Origin: Lachnospiraceae bacterium
GTDB taxonomy: Bacteria; Bacillota; Clostridia; Lachnospirales; Lachnospiraceae
Length of the DNA: 64,000 nt
Direction of reading: 5' to 3'
Assembly: GCA_031555615.1 (NCBI GenBank)
Contig: JAVBUF010000009.1
Location: forward strand, 26,102-90,101
Part shown: piece after piece, positions 43,938 through 53,433 of the stretch
Numbering within the stretch: the first letter of the stretch is position 1
Layout of the letters: each line of letters starts with the position of its first letter
The notes under the pieces: generated by a model
Told to the model about the DNA's origin: nothing
The model's database searches: none
What the model saw: only the letters and a program-made list of their open reading frames with translations
Position numbers and translations under genes: made by a program

Positions 43938-46238
43938 TTAACCTTTCCACTCCTGAGGGATTGTAATTAGTGTTTCCACACCTCCGATGAGATAAGACCG
44001 GGCGTAGATCATCAATTCAATTTCTTTTCCGTTTTTTGTCCGGAAGCTGACTTCCTCTTTCCCCACTTTTACCAGCAGCACCTCTTCCTGATAAGTAATG
44101 CGGAAAGAATAGCTGTTCCACCGGGCCGGGATGGACGGATTAAAACTGAGTAGTTCTCCATCTGAACGCATCCCCCCAAAGCCGTAAACAATATTGATCC
44201 AGGCGGCGGCAATAGATGTGGTATGTAATCCCTCCTGGGTATTCCGATTGTAGTTATCCAAATCCATCCTTGTTGCAAAGGCAAAAAAATCATAGGCCGC
44301 TTCATGCTTTTTTAACTGTGCTGCCAGAACCGAATGCACCGAGGGAGACAGGGAACTTTCATGAATACAGCGGGGTTCATAAAACTCATAGTTCTTTTGT
44401 ATCTGTTCTTCCGTATAGTCAGAATTAAACAGGAACATCAGCATCAATACATCCGGCTGTTTGATCATATCATTGCGATAGATACGGTCATAGGACCAAT
44501 GATGATATAAGGGGAAATCTTCTACCGGTATTGCATGAATATCCACATGAGGCAGACTGAAGTAGCCTTCATGCTGTTCAAATAACCCGGTAGTTTCCTG
44601 GTAAAGCAGAACCATCTTCCCGGCAATCCGTTCAAACTGCCTCCGTTCTGCCGATGTTATTCCCGTTTCCGCAACAAGCCTCCGAAAAGCTTCCGGATGG
44701 GTCAGCTCAATCTGATTCAATACCGCAGCCGTATATTCTAACGTAAATTTCCCCATATAATTGGTATAGTAATTATGATTAACCATCATTTGGAATTCAT
44801 CCGGCCCCATAACGCAATAATAGCCATATCTGCTGCCATCGGCACTGAAATCGCCCCTGGTAGCCAGCATTCTGCTGATTTCCACCAGCATTTTGGCACC
44901 ATATTCTCTGACAAACTCATTATCGCCGGTCTGTTTTTGATAAAACCAGATACCATATGCAACTGCCGTGGATGCCTGGAGCTGCAGGCTGGCATGCTGC
45001 CACAGATTACAGCATTCTTTGCCACTGATGGTGGCTATGGGATAAAAGGCCCCTGCACAGTCCAGTTCCCTGGCCCGCTCCACTGCTTCCTGTAACGTCA
45101 GGTAACGGAATAGCAGCAGATTTCTGGCTGCTCTGGGATCATTGAAAACATAAAAGGGCAGGCAGTAGGTCTCGGTATCCCAGAAGGCATTCCCGTTATA
45201 AGCCTCACCGGTAAGTCCTTTGGCTCCAATATTGGTACCGGGCTGGGTGCCGTGATAGGTTTGGAACATCTGAAATATGCAAAAACGAATCCCTTGCTGA
45301 TTTCCTGCATCCCCATTAATCTGAATATCCGATCTTTCCCAGATCCGCTGCCACCAGCAGCGATTTTCTTCTTTTAAACTTTGATATGTATGGGCAGCTA
45401 ATTGTGCCGCTCCTTCTGCTTTTTGCCGTTCGAAACGCTTTTCCTCCTGACTGTTTTTACAAACCAGGTTTCTGACTATCCTTCCCACCGCAGCCACTTC
45501 CCCCTGGGTTAAGAAAACCCGGCCGGTAATGCCTGTCTGCTTTTCCTTTTCCCAATATACGGCATCCTTTAATTGTCCGAAGAGCTTGGCCTGGGAGGTT
45601 ACCTTCTGTCCGGTATTCCGGGTGGTGCCGGTAATGCTTAAATAATTCTCGGCGGTTGTTTGCTCAGAACATACCCATAAATTATCCTGGGCGGAAACAT
45701 GTAAGGCCGAAAAATCCAGAATCATCTCCAGCTTTATTTCACCACTGAAATTAAGCGGTTCAATCTCAATCTTCTGCGCCCCGATCTGCGACTTATCCAT
45801 ACATAAAAAGCGCTCAAACCTCACTTCCACTTCTTTGCCGCTTAAGGTTTCCCAGATAAATGTACGGGTCAAAATACCTGTTTGTAAATCCAGTTCCCTG
45901 CGAAATCCACGAAAGCGGCTTTGATGCAGATCCAAAACTTCACCATCCATTTCCAGCCGGCAGGCAAAGTAATCCACACTGTTGACCATGTACTCGGTAA
46001 TATCCGAAACCCCCTTATAACCGCTGGTGGATTGTTTTAATTTTTCATAGATACCGTTGAAATAACTGCCCCGCAGGCTATCACCGGAATACCCCTCTTC
46101 AAAACATCCCCGGATTCCCATATACTCATTTCCCAGGGAAAAAACCGATTCTGCCACCTGCCCGTAAGCCGGGTTAAACCCCTCTTCAATGATCTTAAAT
46201 TCATCTTCCACAAAATATTTATCAGCTACTTTCGCCAT
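43938..46238 (-). CDS. GH65 alpha-glucoside phosphorylase (maltose/nigerose-phosphorylase-like paralogue)
   Basis: 766 aa. It appears collinear with my recollection of Lactobacillus brevis maltose phosphorylase: GNEYMGIRGCFEEGYSGDS, FWDTETY, MGPDEFQ, YEPRCIHESSLSPSVHSVLAA, DLDNYNRNTQEGLHTTS. Confidence 0.9.
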   Translation of the reverse strand: MAKVADKYFVEDEFKIIEEGFNPAYGQVAESVFSLGNEYMGIRGCFEEGYSGDSLRGSYFNGIYEKLKQSTSGYKGVSDITEYMVNSVDYFACRLEMDGEVLDLHQSRFRGFRRELDLQTGILTRTFIWETLSGKEVEVRFERFLCMDKSQIGAQKIEIEPLNFSGEIKLEMILDFSALHVSAQDNLWVCSEQTTAENYLSITGTTRNTGQKVTSQAKLFGQLKDAVYWEKEKQTGITGRVFLTQGEVAAVGRIVRNLVCKNSQEEKRFERQKAEGAAQLAAHTYQSLKEENRCWWQRIWERSDIQINGDAGNQQGIRFCIFQMFQTYHGTQPGTNIGAKGLTGEAYNGNAFWDTETYCLPFYVFNDPRAARNLLLFRYLTLQEAVERARELDCAGAFYPIATISGKECCNLWQHASLQLQASTAVAYGIWFYQKQTGDNEFVREYGAKMLVEISRMLATRGDFSADGSRYGYYCVMGPDEFQMMVNHNYYTNYMGKFTLEYTAAVLNQIELTHPEAFRRLVAETGITSAERRQFERIAGKMVLLYQETTGLFEQHEGYFSLPHVDIHAIPVEDFPLYHHWSYDRIYRNDMIKQPDVLMLMFLFNSDYTEEQIQKNYEFYEPRCIHESSLSPSVHSVLAAQLKKHEAAYDFFAFATRMDLDNYNRNTQEGLHTTSIAAAWINIVYGFGGMRSDGELLSFNPSIPARWNSYSFRITYQEEVLLVKVGKEEVSFRTKNGKEIELMIYARSYLIGGVETLITIPQEWKG

Positions 46239-46252
46239 GATGCTTTCCTCTT

Positions 46253-47131
46253 TTATCCTTTAATTGCTCCTGCCGCTGCGCCATCGGTAATCTGTCTTTG
46301 GAAAACAGCAAAAATAATGGTGGGCGGAATAATGGAGAACAATACTGCCCGCAGCACACTGACTGCATCAGTGGGGGTGTCCTTGAAGGCAAACAATTTT
46401 ACCATAACGGTTTCTTTACCGGAGCCGTTCAGCACCAGATACGGCATCAGGAAATCCGACCAGGCGGCTGTAATGGCAAAAATTGTGACAACCATAATAA
46501 TCGGCTTTGACAACGGCATAATAATGGTGGTAAATATTTTCAATACCCCACACCCATCCAACCGGGCGGCTTCCAGCAATTCCTGGGGTATTCCTTCAAA
46601 AAACTGCTTGAACAGAACAACATAAAATGCATTTGCACCAAAGGCCAGCCAAATGGGAACAAAAGACCGGTTCAGGCCAACCATATTAATATTCCGAAAT
46701 ACTGCCACGATACTGGTGGTGGCGGGAATCAAAAGACTCCACATTACCAGTCCAAAAGCAATCTTATATCCTCTGGGGCGCAGTACACTTAATCCATAGG
46801 CCAGTAAGCCATTGAAAATTACTGCCGCAATAGCACATCCCACAACACTGATGAGGGAATTCAAATAGTACTTTTGAAATTTCAACGCACTCCATGTCTC
46901 TTTTAATTTATTCAGGTCAAAGGTCTTGGGAAAAATTGATACATCATTTCGGAATTCTTTGATATCCTTAAAGCCTGCCAGCAAAACCCAAATTGCCGGA
47001 AATATGCATATGATCACTACCACAAAACAGATCAGCATAATAATAATGCTCAGTGTTCTTACCGAAGGGGAGTGCATGTCATAACTTCTGATCGCTCCAT
47101 CTTTTTTATCACGATATTTGTCAAAAAACAT
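46253..47131 (-). CDS. carbohydrate ABC transporter permease
   Basis: 6-TM MalG-like protein. EAA loop LLEAARLDGCGVLKIFTTIIMPLSKP. AAGGAGGAG RBS. Confidence 0.85.
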   Translation of the reverse strand: MFFDKYRDKKDGAIRSYDMHSPSVRTLSIIIMLICFVVVIICIFPAIWVLLAGFKDIKEFRNDVSIFPKTFDLNKLKETWSALKFQKYYLNSLISVVGCAIAAVIFNGLLAYGLSVLRPRGYKIAFGLVMWSLLIPATTSIVAVFRNINMVGLNRSFVPIWLAFGANAFYVVLFKQFFEGIPQELLEAARLDGCGVLKIFTTIIMPLSKPIIMVVTIFAITAAWSDFLMPYLVLNGSGKETVMVKLFAFKDTPTDAVSVLRAVLFSIIPPTIIFAVFQRQITDGAAAGAIKG

Positions 47132-47143
47132 ATTCTCTCCTCC

Positions 47144-48034
47144 TTACTCTTCTCTGGCCGCCGTCAGCTTCATATAGATGCCGCTGAGGATCACCAGCAC
47201 GATGCAGATCATCACTGACAAGGCTGCTGCTGCCGGGAAATTATAGTCACGGAACGCATAACGGTATACCAGCATCATAATGGAAATACTTGCATTGTTG
47301 GGTCCGCCATTGGTCATCACCATGGGTTCGTACATAATCTGGAATACGGATATAATCTGCAGGATCAACATGGTTTTGGCAAGACCAAAAACACTGGGCA
47401 GGGTAATGTGCCTGATTCGCTGCCAGATACCTGCTCCATCAATGGTGGCGGCTTCATATAAGTCCGGGCTGATCCCGCTGATATTGGCCATATAGATCAG
47501 CGCCGTGGCACCGGCACTTTTCCAGGTCATGGTGACAACAATCAGGGGAATGGTCCAATGGGGGTTGGTGAGCCACATCAAAGGCTCGATCCCCAGCTTG
47601 CCTAACAGGATGTTCAGCACCCCAGTCTGACCCGGTGTGAAAAAGTAACTCCAGATCCACACGGTTGCAAGCCCTGGCATAATGTTGGGAAAATAAATTC
47701 CCACCCGGAACAATCCTTTAAAACGCACTGTTTCCGAAATCAGAATACCCATCACGATGGGAATCAGAAACCCGATCAACAATGACCAGAAAATATAAGC
47801 AAAGGTATTACCGAAGGCGGCTGAAAAATCCGGATTACGCATGACCAGTTTATAGTTATCCAATCCCACAAAGTCCAGAATCTCATATCGCTTGGCTGTA
47901 AATAAGGATAGTCTGACATTTTCCAAAAGAGGTTCCCACACAAAAAATGCAAACAAAGCAAGTGTAGGCAGCATGACCAGCCAGCCAATCATATCTCTCT
48001 TTTTAAATTTCTTTTTTGTTTTTTGTGGGTTCAT
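47144..48034 (-). CDS. carbohydrate ABC transporter permease
   Basis: MalF-like protein. EAA loop LYEAATIDGAGIWQRIRHITLPSV. Confidence 0.85.
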   Translation of the reverse strand: MNPQKTKKKFKKRDMIGWLVMLPTLALFAFFVWEPLLENVRLSLFTAKRYEILDFVGLDNYKLVMRNPDFSAAFGNTFAYIFWSLLIGFLIPIVMGILISETVRFKGLFRVGIYFPNIMPGLATVWIWSYFFTPGQTGVLNILLGKLGIEPLMWLTNPHWTIPLIVVTMTWKSAGATALIYMANISGISPDLYEAATIDGAGIWQRIRHITLPSVFGLAKTMLILQIISVFQIMYEPMVMTNGGPNNASISIMMLVYRYAFRDYNFPAAAALSVMICIVLVILSGIYMKLTAAREE

Positions 48035-48103
48035 TCACATTTACCTCTCTTCTGAAAACTACTGGGGTTTCTTTTTCAAAAAACCCCAGCCCATTTCTAT
48101 TAT

Positions 48104-49570
48104 TTATTGTGCATCTAAAATTGCCTGATAGTTATTATTAGCCGTTTCCATTAATTTAGCAACATCTGCATTTTTATCAGTCAACACTGCCTGCAATACT
48201 TTGGTTAATTCACCATACATATCCTGGGTCATACCAGGTTCTTCAGTCCGAAGACCTTTGGAAGAAGTTGCATCAAAGTAAGGCTGGAACATCTTTGTAT
48301 CAACATTGCCATACTCTTCAATTACTTTTGCTTCGGCATCCAGAATTTCTTTATTTACCCAACAAGGGAAACGAGGAATAACCGGAACACCGTTTGCCGA
48401 TTTGTTGGCATTATCCGCTCTCATACCTTCCATGGAAGCATCACTTGCGACGGGAGATTTGCCCATAATTTCAATATAGTCCAGAGCCGCATTAATTTCA
48501 GCAGGGGTTGCATCCTTGGAGAACATATAAGGCGTACCGCCTGACAGGGAATACTGTCCGCCGGGGCCGGCCGGGATTGCACACATTGCCAGTTTGTCAA
48601 GAGGCAGACCGTTTACCTGGGTAGGCTGATTTACAGCATCATTGGCACCGATATACATAGCTGCCGCGCCGGTTCCCAGGGCAGTAAAGCCGGTTCCCCA
48701 ATCTTCATTGGTGGGATCTGCTGTCAGTACATCATAATTCCATTTCAGGGATTTTACATATTCCATGGCGGCAATTGCTTCTGCCGATGCCAGGTTGGAG
48801 GTAAAGGTACCATCACCGTTATCTGTACACAGTGTTGCACCGAATGCCCAGGCAATATTGGAGAAGTGCCATCCGCCAGCGTTATCCTTTGCCAATAAGC
48901 AAAGTCCTGCGGCACCGGTTTTCTCTTTGATGGTTTTGGCGGTTTCAGCCAATTCCTCCCATGTCTTTGGATACAGCGGATATCCATCTGCATCCACCAG
49001 ACCGGCTTCTTCAAATAATTCTACATTCAGCATCATTCCCAAAGCATAACCATCACGGGGAATACCGTATATTCTTCCATCTTTATCCGAAAGTAATTCT
49101 CTGATGGAAGGATTGATATCCTCCAGCCATCCTCTTGCCTGCAGTTCATCGGTAATATCTGCTACCGCACCGTTTCTGATGAGTTTCTGGGGTTCTGTGA
49201 ACCAGGATTCAAATACCGTGGGGCAATTGCCTGATTCTACCAGGGGCATAAAGGTTTCTGTGGCATATTTGTAATATGCCGGCACCACTGTTACATTGGG
49301 ATAATACTCATTCATGGTTTTGACGTATCCTTCATGTACTGCGATATCGTCTGTCAAAGTGTCTTCAGGCCAGATACCCAGCGTAATGGTTACCGCCTCA
49401 TCGGCTGCTTCTGCCTGTGCTGCTTCATTATTATCAGTTGCTGCCGCTTCTGTTTTTGGTTCCGCCTTAGTCTCTGCCGCCGGTTCTTCTGCTCCCTTGG
49501 CACCACAGCCGGACAATGCTGCCATTACCATTGCCGCTGTTAATAAAGTTGCTAATAACTTTTTCTTCAT
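48104..49570 (-). CDS. sugar ABC transporter substrate-binding lipoprotein
   Basis: Trimmed to ATG 49570 (GAAAGGAGAGG RBS). Lipobox LSGCG followed by an Ala/Glu/Thr-rich linker. Confidence 0.85.
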   Translation of the reverse strand: MKKKLLATLLTAAMVMAALSGCGAKGAEEPAAETKAEPKTEAAATDNNEAAQAEAADEAVTITLGIWPEDTLTDDIAVHEGYVKTMNEYYPNVTVVPAYYKYATETFMPLVESGNCPTVFESWFTEPQKLIRNGAVADITDELQARGWLEDINPSIRELLSDKDGRIYGIPRDGYALGMMLNVELFEEAGLVDADGYPLYPKTWEELAETAKTIKEKTGAAGLCLLAKDNAGGWHFSNIAWAFGATLCTDNGDGTFTSNLASAEAIAAMEYVKSLKWNYDVLTADPTNEDWGTGFTALGTGAAAMYIGANDAVNQPTQVNGLPLDKLAMCAIPAGPGGQYSLSGGTPYMFSKDATPAEINAALDYIEIMGKSPVASDASMEGMRADNANKSANGVPVIPRFPCWVNKEILDAEAKVIEEYGNVDTKMFQPYFDATSSKGLRTEEPGMTQDMYGELTKVLQAVLTDKNADVAKLMETANNNYQAILDAQ

Positions 49571-49604
49571 TTTACCTCTCCTTTCAAATATGTACAACTT
49601 GTTG

Positions 49605-49618
49605 GTTTAACGTTAAAC
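49605..49618. promoter_or_regulatory. LacI-type operator O1 (perfect 14-bp palindrome) in the leader of the sugar ABC/GH65 operon
   Basis: GTTTAACGTTAAAC, embedded in the 21-nt direct repeat TTGTTGGTTTAACGTTAAACT (49599..49619 and 49661..49681). Confidence 0.7.
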
Positions 49619-49666
49619 TTGCTATCCGCTTTTTGATTCACTCACACATCTTCCTTGTTTTTGTTG

Positions 49667-49680
49667 GTTTAACGTTAAAC
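49667..49680. promoter_or_regulatory. LacI-type operator O2 (perfect 14-bp palindrome) abutting the -10 box
   Basis: GTTTAACGTTAAAC lies 2 nt downstream of the TATTAT -10 on the minus strand. The centre-to-centre distance to O1 is 62 bp. Confidence 0.7.
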
Positions 49681-49682
49681 TA

Positions 49683-49711
49683 ATAATATCATTTATCCTT
49701 TTTATTGTCAA
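49683..49711 (-). promoter_or_regulatory. sigma-A promoter of the sugar ABC/GH65 operon
   Basis: The minus strand reads TTGACA-17 nt-TATTAT. Confidence 0.65.
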
Positions 49712-49778
49712 TATGTATTTTAATAAAAATATTTTTTTTATTTTTTAGGCAAAAAGCACAAGGTTACACATAGAAATA

Positions 49779-49809
49779 CGCCTGTCGTAACCAAAAGTTA
49801 CAACAGGCG
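49779..49809 (-). terminator. stem-loop downstream of the MCP gene
   Basis: CGCCTGTCGTAAC-caaaa-GTTACAACAGGCG (13 bp, 1 mismatch). On the minus strand it is followed by UAUUUCU, a poor U-tract. Confidence 0.45.
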
Positions 49810-49822
49810 CTTATTTATCTCT

Positions 49823-51550
49823 TTATGATAATTTAAATCTATCTACCAGACTAATCAATCCTTCCGATGTACGCTGGGTATGCTTCATATTCTCTACTAT
49901 GGTAGCCGCATTAGTGGAAATATCACTGGTCTGCTGGGCTACTGCACTGGTCTTTCTGGCACCTTCCTGAGCCGCCTGGGCAACCTCATTGATGGCTGTC
50001 ATAACCAGATTAACTCCGGCATTTAACTCTTCCGATGTTGCATTCAGATCACTGGTCATATCACTGACATATACCGCATCTGTCGTATAGGACTCGGCTG
50101 CTGCCAGCATATCCGCATAATCCTTATTAACATCGCTGGCAACAAAGTTCAACAGATTATTGGAATTCTTTGCCAGATTATTTACCGCACTCATTACTAC
50201 CTTGGTGATGGCCTGAATCTGGTTAACCGTATTTTTGGAGTTATCCGCCAATGCACTGATTTCATTGGCAACAACTGCAAAACCTTTACCCGCCTCACCG
50301 GCCCTGGCTGCTTCGATGGAAGCATTTAATGCCAGAAGTGTTGTCTGACTGGTAATACTTAAAATTGCATCGGCCAGGGCATTGATTTCGTCGACAGCCT
50401 TGGAATCCTTCAGGGCCTGTTCCAAAGCGCCCTTAATTTCATTAAATATCTGATTGGATTTCTCAATGGACTGATTTACATTTTGCCCCAGTTCTGTCGC
50501 ACGTACATGTATTTCATTTGATTTACCGGCACCCTCTTCGGCTTTATCAGCTACCGAATCAACTGCTCGTTCAATCTCAGATGCTGTTGTATTCATTTCC
50601 TCCGCTGCTGCACCTGTCTCTTCCATAGCCGCACTCAAGGCTTCCGTAGCCGCTGATGTTTCAATAATATGGTCGTTCAGCATGGCCAGGGTTTTATTGG
50701 TAGCCTTTACCTGATCCCCCAGAATATTGGCTGACTGCTTAATGCCGGATACTGTTTCGATCAGTCCCTTTTTCATTTCTTCAATATTTCTGGCCAGCAT
50801 ACCGATCTCATCTTTTTGTTTCAGATATCGTTGTTCGAAGCGAATGCTCAAATCACCATCGGCTATTTTTTTGGACATGGCCCGTACTACATTTAAGGGG
50901 CGGGTAATAACACTGGACATAATCAGTCCGATTATTATGGATACGAAAAAGGCCACTATCAGGATGAGATAAGTAATATTGGCACTTTGTTTATACTCCT
51001 CCATGGCTGCATCCACACTTTGCTGCGCATCTTCCAGATTATAATCCACTGCCTGGTTAATATATTCCTGAACAGCCTGACTGGCCGGGTCAACAAACTC
51101 AGTATTAAATTTATTCGCCTCTATGTATTTCCCATTACCAATATACTCAAAAAGTTCCGCACGGTATTGCAAATATTCATTCATGGCACTTTCCAGCTTG
51201 GTAAATATAGCGCGGTCTTCCTCTTCTACTATGGAATTCCTATAGGTTTCCATAGCCTGCTCATTAATTGCGTCATAGTTGGCAATTTCTTCTAAAATAG
51301 TCTCAGCCGCCGATACATTGGATCGATTTACCAGCTTCTGTGTCCCCATTCTCACATCACTTAGGCCGGCGTTAATAATTTCTACCTGAACAGTGGATTT
51401 ATAATTGTTCTCATAAACATATTCATTAGCCTCGCTAATCTCCCCCATTCCTTTGACGCCTACCATACCTACTATAATCATCGTAATAATCAGCAAAGCA
51501 AACGAACCCAAAAACTTAACCCTAATCTTCATATTATACAGTAATCTCAT
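49823..51550 (-). CDS. methyl-accepting chemotaxis protein
   Basis: N-terminal TM, periplasmic sensor, second TM, HAMP domain, and the highly conserved signalling hairpin [36 protein letters not shown]. Confidence 0.92.
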   Translation of the reverse strand: MRLLYNMKIRVKFLGSFALLIITMIIVGMVGVKGMGEISEANEYVYENNYKSTVQVEIINAGLSDVRMGTQKLVNRSNVSAAETILEEIANYDAINEQAMETYRNSIVEEEDRAIFTKLESAMNEYLQYRAELFEYIGNGKYIEANKFNTEFVDPASQAVQEYINQAVDYNLEDAQQSVDAAMEEYKQSANITYLILIVAFFVSIIIGLIMSSVITRPLNVVRAMSKKIADGDLSIRFEQRYLKQKDEIGMLARNIEEMKKGLIETVSGIKQSANILGDQVKATNKTLAMLNDHIIETSAATEALSAAMEETGAAAEEMNTTASEIERAVDSVADKAEEGAGKSNEIHVRATELGQNVNQSIEKSNQIFNEIKGALEQALKDSKAVDEINALADAILSITSQTTLLALNASIEAARAGEAGKGFAVVANEISALADNSKNTVNQIQAITKVVMSAVNNLAKNSNNLLNFVASDVNKDYADMLAAAESYTTDAVYVSDMTSDLNATSEELNAGVNLVMTAINEVAQAAQEGARKTSAVAQQTSDISTNAATIVENMKHTQRTSEGLISLVDRFKLS

Positions 51551-51580
51551 GACTGTTCCTCCCTATGATGTGATACTCCT

Positions 51581-51609
51581 ATCATATCTAAAATAGCAAG
51601 ATTAGTCAA
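51581..51609 (-). promoter_or_regulatory. candidate sigma-A promoter of the MCP gene
   Basis: The minus strand reads TTGACT-17 nt-TATGAT, about 30 nt upstream of the ATG. Confidence 0.5.
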
Positions 51610-51691
51610 TATTCATCAAATAGATGCAACCACCAAAAAAAGGCCGGATTGTTTGTGCAATATTTTATATTTTACGAACAACTGTCCCCTC

Positions 51692-51720
51692 TTGTACAAT
51701 GCTTTCAGTCATGTTATAAT
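51692..51720 (+). promoter_or_regulatory. extended -10 promoter of the tRNA gene
   Basis: TTGTAC-17 nt (ending TGt)-TATAAT. The -10 ends 10 nt before tRNA position 1. Confidence 0.6.
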
Positions 51721-51730
51721 CTCATGGTAC

Positions 51731-51803
51731 GGAGGCATAGCTCAGTTGGGAGAGCACCTGCTCGACAAGCAGGTTGTCGCTGGTTCGAGTCCAGTTGTCT
51801 CCA
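51731..51803 (+). tRNA. tRNA-Val (anticodon GAC), no encoded CCA
   Basis: Manual cloverleaf: acceptor GGAGGCA/TGTCTCC, D arm GCTC-AGTTGGGA-GAGC, anticodon arm CCTGC-TCGACAA-GCAGG, variable TTGTC, T arm GCTGG-TTCGAGT-CCAGT, discriminator A. U8, A14, G18G19, T54T55C56 and A58 are present. Position 33 is C. Confidence 0.88.
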
Positions 51804-51812
51804 TTTTATTAT

Positions 51813-53198
51813 TTAATACATCTCCAGATATATCCGCGTATTTCCGATCATCTCAGCAAACAATTCTTTGGCCTCCGGCTGGGAAAGTCCCATATTAGGA
51901 TCCATCATAAAAGCCCTGAAGGCCATATCCAAATCACGTTTCATCGCCGCTTCCACGATTATTTCCTGAATCCCGCATACCTTACTGATCAAAGGATAAA
52001 TTTCCGCCGGAACCGCTCCCGCAAAAACCGGCCGCAGCGTCCCCCCCGCAAAATGCGCATTGGTTTCCACCACCGCGCCCAGGGGCAGGTTGGGAATCTG
52101 TCCCACATTGGGAATATTGACATTGGTTACCAGTTCACGCAAGCCCAATAAAGCACGCATCTGCTGCACCCCTTCTTCTCCCGTTTTATTAATGGTAAAT
52201 TCTTCTTCCCCACTGTAAAGCCGCTCACTTCTGGCCAAACGATTCTCCAGGTCCTCCCGCCGGTAGCTTAAGGGAGTGAGTTCAAATGCCCACTGCCGCA
52301 CCGTTTCACGGTCCTTCAGATACCAGCTTCCCGGGCAGAATTCGGCCAGATGCCGGTCACCGGCCGCAGCAATATATCCAAATTTCAAAAACAGATCCAT
52401 TTTTACCTTTTCCCTGCTTTCAAAAACTTTATTCATCCAATTTTCATCTGACTTCCGGTAATAGCCATCTTCTTTATACTTACGGGCAAACTCCCGGTAA
52501 ACCGGAAATAAATCCATATCTTTATACTTGGCTTCGGTAAGCCAGGTAAAATGATTCACACCCACTACATTGACCTTAATCTCTTCTCTCCCGGCATCTT
52601 TGATGTCTAATTCTTCTTCTAATACCATGGTCAGCAGCTTCTGGGTCCCGAACACTTCATGGCAGCAGCCAAAAGCCTTGATTTCCGGAAATGCCTTGTA
52701 TAAGCTTCTGACACAGACCGTCATGGGATTAGTATAATTGATTACCCAGGCCTTGGGACAATATTCTTTGATAGCGGCCGCAAATTCTTCAAACATCGGA
52801 ATGGTCCGCAGGGCCCTGACTAAGCCGCCCGGTCCGGCGGTATCCCCCACCGACTGATAGATTCCGTATTTTTCAGGCACATGGACATCGCTTTCCATTT
52901 CATCAAAGGTTCCCGGCAAGATGGAAATCACCACGAAATCAGCCCCTTCCAGACTTTCCGCCAGGGTATCTTTTGCTTCATATTGCCAGGGTGACCGGCA
53001 TTCCTTAAGTTCCTTGATTTTATTGCCGATACTGGCATTTTTTTTGGCCGCTTCCTTATCAATATCGTATAAGGTAACGGTACCGCACATATCCTCTACA
53101 GCTGCCAGATCACTCATCAGCCCCCAGGCCCAACCCCGGGAACCACCGCCGATATAGGCGATTTTAATGCCTTCTACCTTATTCTCATTGTATTTCAT
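51813..53198 (-). CDS. GH4 NAD/Mn-dependent glycosidase (LplD-like, possibly alpha-galacturonidase)
   Basis: N-terminal IAYIGGGSRGWAW dinucleotide fold and FGCCHEVFG (the GH4 Cys-His metal site). Pectin/RG-type neighbours. Confidence 0.8.
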   Translation of the reverse strand: MKYNENKVEGIKIAYIGGGSRGWAWGLMSDLAAVEDMCGTVTLYDIDKEAAKKNASIGNKIKELKECRSPWQYEAKDTLAESLEGADFVVISILPGTFDEMESDVHVPEKYGIYQSVGDTAGPGGLVRALRTIPMFEEFAAAIKEYCPKAWVINYTNPMTVCVRSLYKAFPEIKAFGCCHEVFGTQKLLTMVLEEELDIKDAGREEIKVNVVGVNHFTWLTEAKYKDMDLFPVYREFARKYKEDGYYRKSDENWMNKVFESREKVKMDLFLKFGYIAAAGDRHLAEFCPGSWYLKDRETVRQWAFELTPLSYRREDLENRLARSERLYSGEEEFTINKTGEEGVQQMRALLGLRELVTNVNIPNVGQIPNLPLGAVVETNAHFAGGTLRPVFAGAVPAEIYPLISKVCGIQEIIVEAAMKRDLDMAFRAFMMDPNMGLSQPEAKELFAEMIGNTRIYLEMY

Positions 53199-53433
53199 TC
53201 TTCTTTCCCTCCTGCTGATTTTATTCTTTGATTTTACTCTTATTAAACTGATAAACTGATTTTAACATGCAACATATGATAAAAACAGTTAAATTAATGC
53301 TCTTTTCTTTTAAAAACCGTTCAAATATTGCTATGCGAATTTCCTTTTAGATGATAAAATAAAGCAACACCTGAAAAAGGAGGCTAATGTGAAAAATAAA
53401 ATTTCACACTAGCCGGCAAGAATGGAGATTTCT

